A stretch of DNA of 53,847 bases from Octopus bimaculoides (lineage: Eukaryota). Shown here piece by piece: positions 48,526 to 53,847 of the stretch (position 1 is the stretch's first letter; every line of letters begins with the position of its first letter). The stretch lies in contig NC_068982.1 in assembly GCF_001194135.2 (NCBI RefSeq), forward strand, positions 81,070,886 through 81,124,732, written 5' to 3'. The notes below the pieces were generated by a model. That model was not told where the DNA came from. It saw nothing but the letters and a program-made list of their open reading frames with translations, and did no database searches. The position numbers and the translations under genes were made by a program.

Positions 48526-49538
48526 AATAGGGAAAATGAGAAGGATATAGATTAATGAAATGACGACAAAAAGGACAGGAGTAAAGGAATAAGGAGATGA
48601 AGAGAGAGAAAAAGCATAAAAGTTCACAGTTCAATTTTCCGATGTTGTAGAAATAAGTCCTAGGTGGATTCTTGCATGTGGGTTAAAGTCCTGATATTGT
48701 AAACATCCAGAAAAAAGACGCGGACATATCAACATTCAATAACGGAGTGGTAGCGGAGGTGGTTATAAAGGGGTAAAAGAATAGAAAAGTAAATACATGG
48801 AAAGCGATCTCGATAGAGTGAGGGAGGAAGTTAAAGATTGGCTTTAGGATAAAGTAAGGTATATAAGCAAATAGTGTCTAAGAATGTATTGCACGAAGAT
48901 AGCCGAGAAGATAAGAGAGATGAGGAAGTAGAGGAAGACAACGTAAAAAAATAAACAAAATAGAGCAAAATGAAAGAAATTTAAAGAGGGTAGTAGTTGC
49001 CAGTGGTCTTCTTCTATGGTTGTGCAGGTAGTCGAGAATAGAGGAACTAGTTGAATGTTAAACCTATAACCCCATTGCTAAAAATAATTCTACAACCACT
49101 GACCTTAACCAGAACGGACACCATATTTACTACTAGATTTCCTTCCCAACTCCTATAGACTAGAAGAATAGCACTGGTACCTACTACTCTCTTTAAATCC
49201 CTTTCGTTTTGCTCTATTTTGTTTATTTTTTTACATTATCTTCGCGTCTTATTTGTGTGGGTGCGGCTTACAATATCAGGACTTCAACCCACATGGCTCT
49301 ACGCAGGATTGCATCTAGGTGCAATCCTGCGTAGATCCATGCACTTATTTCTACAACATCGGAAAGTTGAACTGTGAACTCTTATGCTTCTTTTTTCTTC
49401 TCTCTCTTCATCTCCGTATTCCTTTACTTCTGTCCTATTTGTCGTCATTTCATTAATCTATACTCTTCTCATTTTCCCTATTAGTCTCTGATGACGGAAT
49501 ATCCCATACTCTGAGATATCCCAGAAACAGCTGTAAGA
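48470..49538. mobile_element. ~1.07-kb foldback element with a hammerhead motif at each end
   Basis: 48470-48720 and 48940-49020 match the reverse complement of 49150-49538, with a ~200-bp extra segment in the left arm. Each outer end reads CTGATG(A/T)CGGAATATCCCA...GATATCCCAGAAACAGCTGTAAGA on the outward-running strand. Confidence 0.88.
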
Positions 49539-49540
49539 TT
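49483..49540 (+). ncRNA. Hammerhead motif, right end, with conserved core nucleotides
   Basis: Stem I AGUCU/AGAUU, CUGAUGA (49488-49494), C.A mismatch at 10.1/11.1, stem II with 9 of 11 bp, GAAA (49524-49527), C-AGCU-G, GUA; predicted cleavage after 49535. Confidence 0.65.
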
Positions 49541-50995
49541 TTGAAATGTTTTCCAATAATAATGATGTATATGACTTGAGATGTTTGCCTTGCCGAAACG
49601 TTTGCTGTTCCCTTTAACAGTTATATATCCGCTAAATCGGAAATCTGCAATGGCTCCATAACTACCGTCTCGGCTACAACATTGGACCTTTAGTAATCCG
49701 TTACAGCACTTACCTAGCATACCTAATCGTTTAAATCACCTGTGAACTAAACCCCCATACTTCGCATATATATATATATATTATTACAAATTAAAAGGGT
49801 AAAGGATTATCAATTTATTAATTAATAAATCAATTAACAATTAACAATTAACAATTTTTACCAAGCCCATCGGTATGAAAGCACCATTATTGATGGAGAA
49901 CTTATTTAACAGCTCATATATATTTATAACTATAATTAAGGGATCAGCAAATATTTGCTTCACCATATACCGAAGTTCAGAAATAGCAGCTAAAACAGCT
50001 GAGAATCCCACAGATAGCATCACTTGTAACTCACAGTGGAATGTTACTAGTCCATGCTTGCACAGTTTGCTAGCATAGTCAAATTTACTACTGGAATACA
50101 GTATTGATGAAGGAAATTGATTATTATCAATCATGATCCAGAAACGCGTCTACTGTNNNNNNNNNNNNNNNNNNNNNNNNNNNNNNNNNNNNNNNNNNNN
50201 NNNNNNNNNNNNNNNNNNNNNNNNNNNNNNNNNNNNNNNNNNNNNNNNNNNNNNNNNNNNNNNNNNNNNNNNNNNNNNNNNNNNNNNNNNNNNNNNNNNN
50301 NNNNNNNNNNNNNNNNNNNNNNNNNNNNNNNNNNNNNNNNNNNNNNNNNNNNNNNNNNNNNNNNNNNNNNNNNNNNNNNNNNNNNNNNNNNNNNNNNNNN
50401 NNNNNNNNNNNNNNNNNNNNNNNNNNNNNNNNNNNNNNNNNNNNNNNNNNNNNNNNNNNNNNNNNNNNNNNNNNNNNNNNNNNNNNNNNNNNNNNNNNNN
50501 NNNNNNNNNNNNNNNNNNNNNNNNNNNNNNNNNNNNNNNNNNNNNNNNNNNNNNNNNNNNNNNNNNNNNNNNNNNNNNNNNNNNNNNNNNNNNNNNNNNN
50601 NNNNNNNNNNNNNNNNNNNNNNNNNNNNNNNNNNNNNNNNNNNNNNNNNNNNNNNNNNNNNNNNNNNNNNNNNNNNNNNNNNNNNNNNNNNNNNNNNNNN
50701 NNNNNNNNNNNNNNNNNNNNNNNNNNNNNNNNNNNNNNNNNNNNNNNNNNNNNNNNNNNNNNNNNNNNNNNNNNNNNNNNNNNNNNNNNNNNNNNNNNNN
50801 NNNNNNNNNNNNNNNNNNNNNNNNNNNNNNNNNNNNNNNNNNNNNNNNNNNNNNNNNNNNNNNNNNNNNNNNNNNNNNNNNNNNNNNNNNNNNNNNNNNN
50901 NNNNNNNNNNNNNNNNNNNNNNNNNNNNNNNNNNNNNNNNNNNNNNNNNNNNNNNNNNNNNNNNNNNNNNNNNNNNNNNNNNNNNNNNNNNNNNN

Positions 50996-51072
<77 letters not shown>

Positions 51073-51107
51073 CATCATCATTATTATTATTATTATTATC
51101 ATTATTA

Positions 51108-51169
<62 letters not shown>

Positions 51170-51212
51170 AATAATAATAATAATATTACTACTACTACTA
51201 CTATTGTTGTTA
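50996..51212. repeat. (TTA)n microsatellite
   Basis: Directly visible. Other large SSR blocks: 2590-2760, 3945-4200, 6805-6915, 7760-8035, 24645-24835, 38712-38780, 38860-38965, 46640-47020. Confidence 0.95.
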
Positions 51213-52586
51213 TTTGAAGTAAAATAACTTGCTTGCTCTAGCTTCAATTTTTTTAATATTTCAAGTTTTTTAATACTTTGAATATGCTTGGAAAAAATAT
51301 AACTTCCAGAATAAGAAACTATATGTTCATTTATTTTATTAATGCCATTAATAACGTCACCTAATTATGGAGAACTGTTTGCATGTTAGATATTTTTTTT
51401 AAATGGCTGCTATAAATATTATTTGGTTTGTGTCATCCATTATAACAGAATTTCCTAAATTTTCGAAAGTTTGGGTTTCTGCTGATTTAGAAAATTTTTT
51501 CATTCTGTTCTTCCTTCCTTCCTTCCTTCCTTCCTTCCTCTCTTCCTTAAATTTCTATCCAATCCTTTTTCTAAACATCCTCTCTATTCTCGCGATTTCC
51601 TAGCGTGTGTTTTGAAAGAATAATAAACGATGGACTGTGAGTGACGATTTTAGGAATGTCATATATGGGCAACCTGCTGCCATCAATCATGGATTCATGA
51701 ATCTGTAGCACAAAGACGACAACTTCATGTCGATGAAGTTCCGTCGCTGCTCTTACCATCCAAGGAGGCATCATCAATTCTTTTATTCCCACACAATCTG
51801 AAATATACATAATTTCACACAACACTCGCCTCTCTTCCCCTTCTTAATTCTCTTCTTAGAACAGCATTCTCATTTGGTTTCTGACTCTTAACTCCGGTTT
51901 CTCAATGACTATTTCTCATTCTCACTCACACTACGCTTTCTTTTTCTTATGATGAAGAACTAACGTTCGAAACGTGATAACACGTTCTCTTTGCATTTCA
52001 TTTTAATGAGTATTGTATTTACACATTATACATACATACACACATATATAAATACAAACACACATGCACTCACTCACACGCACATGCACGCGCACTGACG
52101 CACGCATACACACACTTTGTGCTGATTGGGCAAGAAGTCAAAAATTAATGAGCACTCTTTAATAAATTTTAATCAAATGACTCTAAAAATATCAGTTCTC
52201 CGCGTATCATGTCCCCTGACTTTCAGCTGATAACCTGAGACTGTTGCTTTTTAAATCATCGGTTGTCTGAATATATTTAAAGATTTATCTAAAAGCTACC
52301 AAGAAACGCTTACCCCATTACTTTTCAGGAAGTCATGTAAGAGATATTTCATAAAATGGTGGTTTCGAGATAACGTTTTCCATCACTCCCCTGGTTCTGG
52401 TAGGAATACGAAAATTTTTGAAAATCTTCACACCTTATATTTATCATTGTAGAATCTGGCCTCACTCGAGGGAGGTCACTCTCAAACCAATCTTCTCTTA
52501 AGAAATTCCGTGACTGTATATATATATATGGATAGATAAATAGATATATATGTATGCATATATATGTATATACATACACACGCACG

Positions 52587-52629
<43 letters not shown>

Positions 52630-53675
52630 NNNNNNNNNNNNNNNNNNNNNNNNNNNNNNNNNNNNNNNNNNNNNNNNNNNNNNNNNNNNNNNNNNNNNNN
52701 NNNNNNNNNNNNNNNNNNNNNNNNNNNNNNNNNNNNNNNNNNNNNNNNNNNNNNNNNNNNNNNNNNNNNNNNNNNNNNNNNNNNNNNNNNNNNNNNNNNN
52801 NNNNNNNNNNNNNNNNNTATATATATATATATGCGTGTATGCATTTTAAATATTTTTAGATTTTCTAAAATAATATTTATGTTCTAAAATTTTTTCTAGA
52901 CTTTTCAATTTCATAGCGAAAAATAAATTATTTCCGTTTTTTTTTTTTCACTCGCTTTCTCACATCTCAAAATTATTTGCTTTTAGATCTTAAACAACCT
53001 TGGAGTTTTCTTGAAATATTTTTTCCTCATTTCTTTATTTCTTTATTAGTTTTCTTTCTGTAATTCTTTCTGGCGTATATGATGTATTCGCCATCTTCAT
53101 GGAAACAACAAAACAATACGCAACGCCACTAAAACCTCACGAGAGAGCATCAAGCTAATATGCTCCTATAGTATACACATTTTTATTGTTGTTGAATCAG
53201 CAAAGTGGAAACGGTTGGGTATTTAATAAGGTCGCTTTGTAATCTCGTGGTCGCTGGTTATATCCGGTTCTACAGTAACTTCGGAAGGTGTCTTCTACGC
53301 TATTCTTGAGTTACATCAAAACCTGTGAGTGAGAACAAAACTGTGCGGAAGCGTATTGGATTGATGGTACCTCTTTTGGAGAAAGTAAACCTGCTGCGTC
53401 AGCTGATTAAATTCCACAAGTTGATGATTGAGATCCCTGACCTTAGTCCACTCTGTTGCAAGAATTGTAAACAGATCATTTGATTCGACAATAACGCCAT
53501 AACCTTTGTGATTATTTAGAATAATACATTGTTTTACATACTCATGACTGTCCTTTTCAGCTTTACTGCAACACCATTTTACTCAACCTTTGGTATTCGA
53601 GTACTATTTTTACCTCCTTGTTTTGCACCTATGTACTCACAAATCTGATCGTATCACTCTCTCTCTCTCTCTCTC

Positions 53676-53847
53676 TCAGCCACTCCTTGCAGCAACACCT
53701 GTCTGTGTTTGGATTGTCCATGCACAGGGGCCATCCGGACTCCCGTTTGCGCCGTGAACAGGGATTGGTCTTCTCTCTCCGCTCCTTTGCGCCACATGGG
53801 CTCAACTCCCCTCCCCTCTTCATCTAACCCCCTCCTCCTGTCTCTCT
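53676..53847 (+). mobile_element. Second Penelope-like GIY-YIG C-terminal fragment (runs off the window)
   Basis: HSLQQHLSVFGLSMHRGHPDSRLRREQGLVFSLRSFAPHGLNS is clearly homologous to the 32150-32310 minus-strand segment. Confidence 0.85.

Noticed and set aside
51945-51985. ATGATGAAGAAC-taac-GTTCGAAACGT
   Set aside because: A PLE-like look with a 4-bp stem II, but C3 is lost and no stem I/III pairing; too weak to call.
53180-53560. Minus-strand 89-codon open stretch and a possible GFDVTQE* terminal exon with AATAAA
   Set aside because: No start, no recognisable domain, and the two readings conflict.

Overview
Eukaryotic, AT-rich, repeat-dense draft-assembly DNA with about 20 N-gaps. The microsatellite load and the SINE families resemble octopus/cephalopod genomes (inference from recalled repeat consensus; no search was run). 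I found no host protein-coding gene I can name, and almost all listed ORFs are translations of microsatellites or gaps. Supported content: three Tc1/mariner-superfamily relics (a Tc1 with TIRs and TA TSD, a maT/DD37D-type deletion derivative, and an IR/DR-type Tc1 5' end); a decayed Ty3/Gypsy pol (PR-RT-RH-IN) with a probable 3' LTR and a SINE inserted in its protease; two R4/Dong-like RLE non-LTR 3' ends in (TAA)n tracts; a CR1/L2/Jockey-group RT fragment; a hAT (Buster/Charlie-like) transposase relic; a non-autonomous Helitron-like element; two Penelope-like GIY-YIG fragments; and at least three tRNA-derived SINE families. The most notable signal is a set of type I hammerhead-ribozyme-like motifs (CUGANGA...GAAA...NUH, usually with a tiny, often palindromic stem III) at about 9.4, 24.3, 26.9, 42.9, 48.5 and 49.5 kb. 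At four loci the local inverted or tandem duplication breaks within about 0-6 nt of the predicted self-cleavage site. One of these is a ~1.07-kb foldback element capped by two outward-facing hammerheads. All folds and alignments were done by eye and need computational and experimental confirmation.
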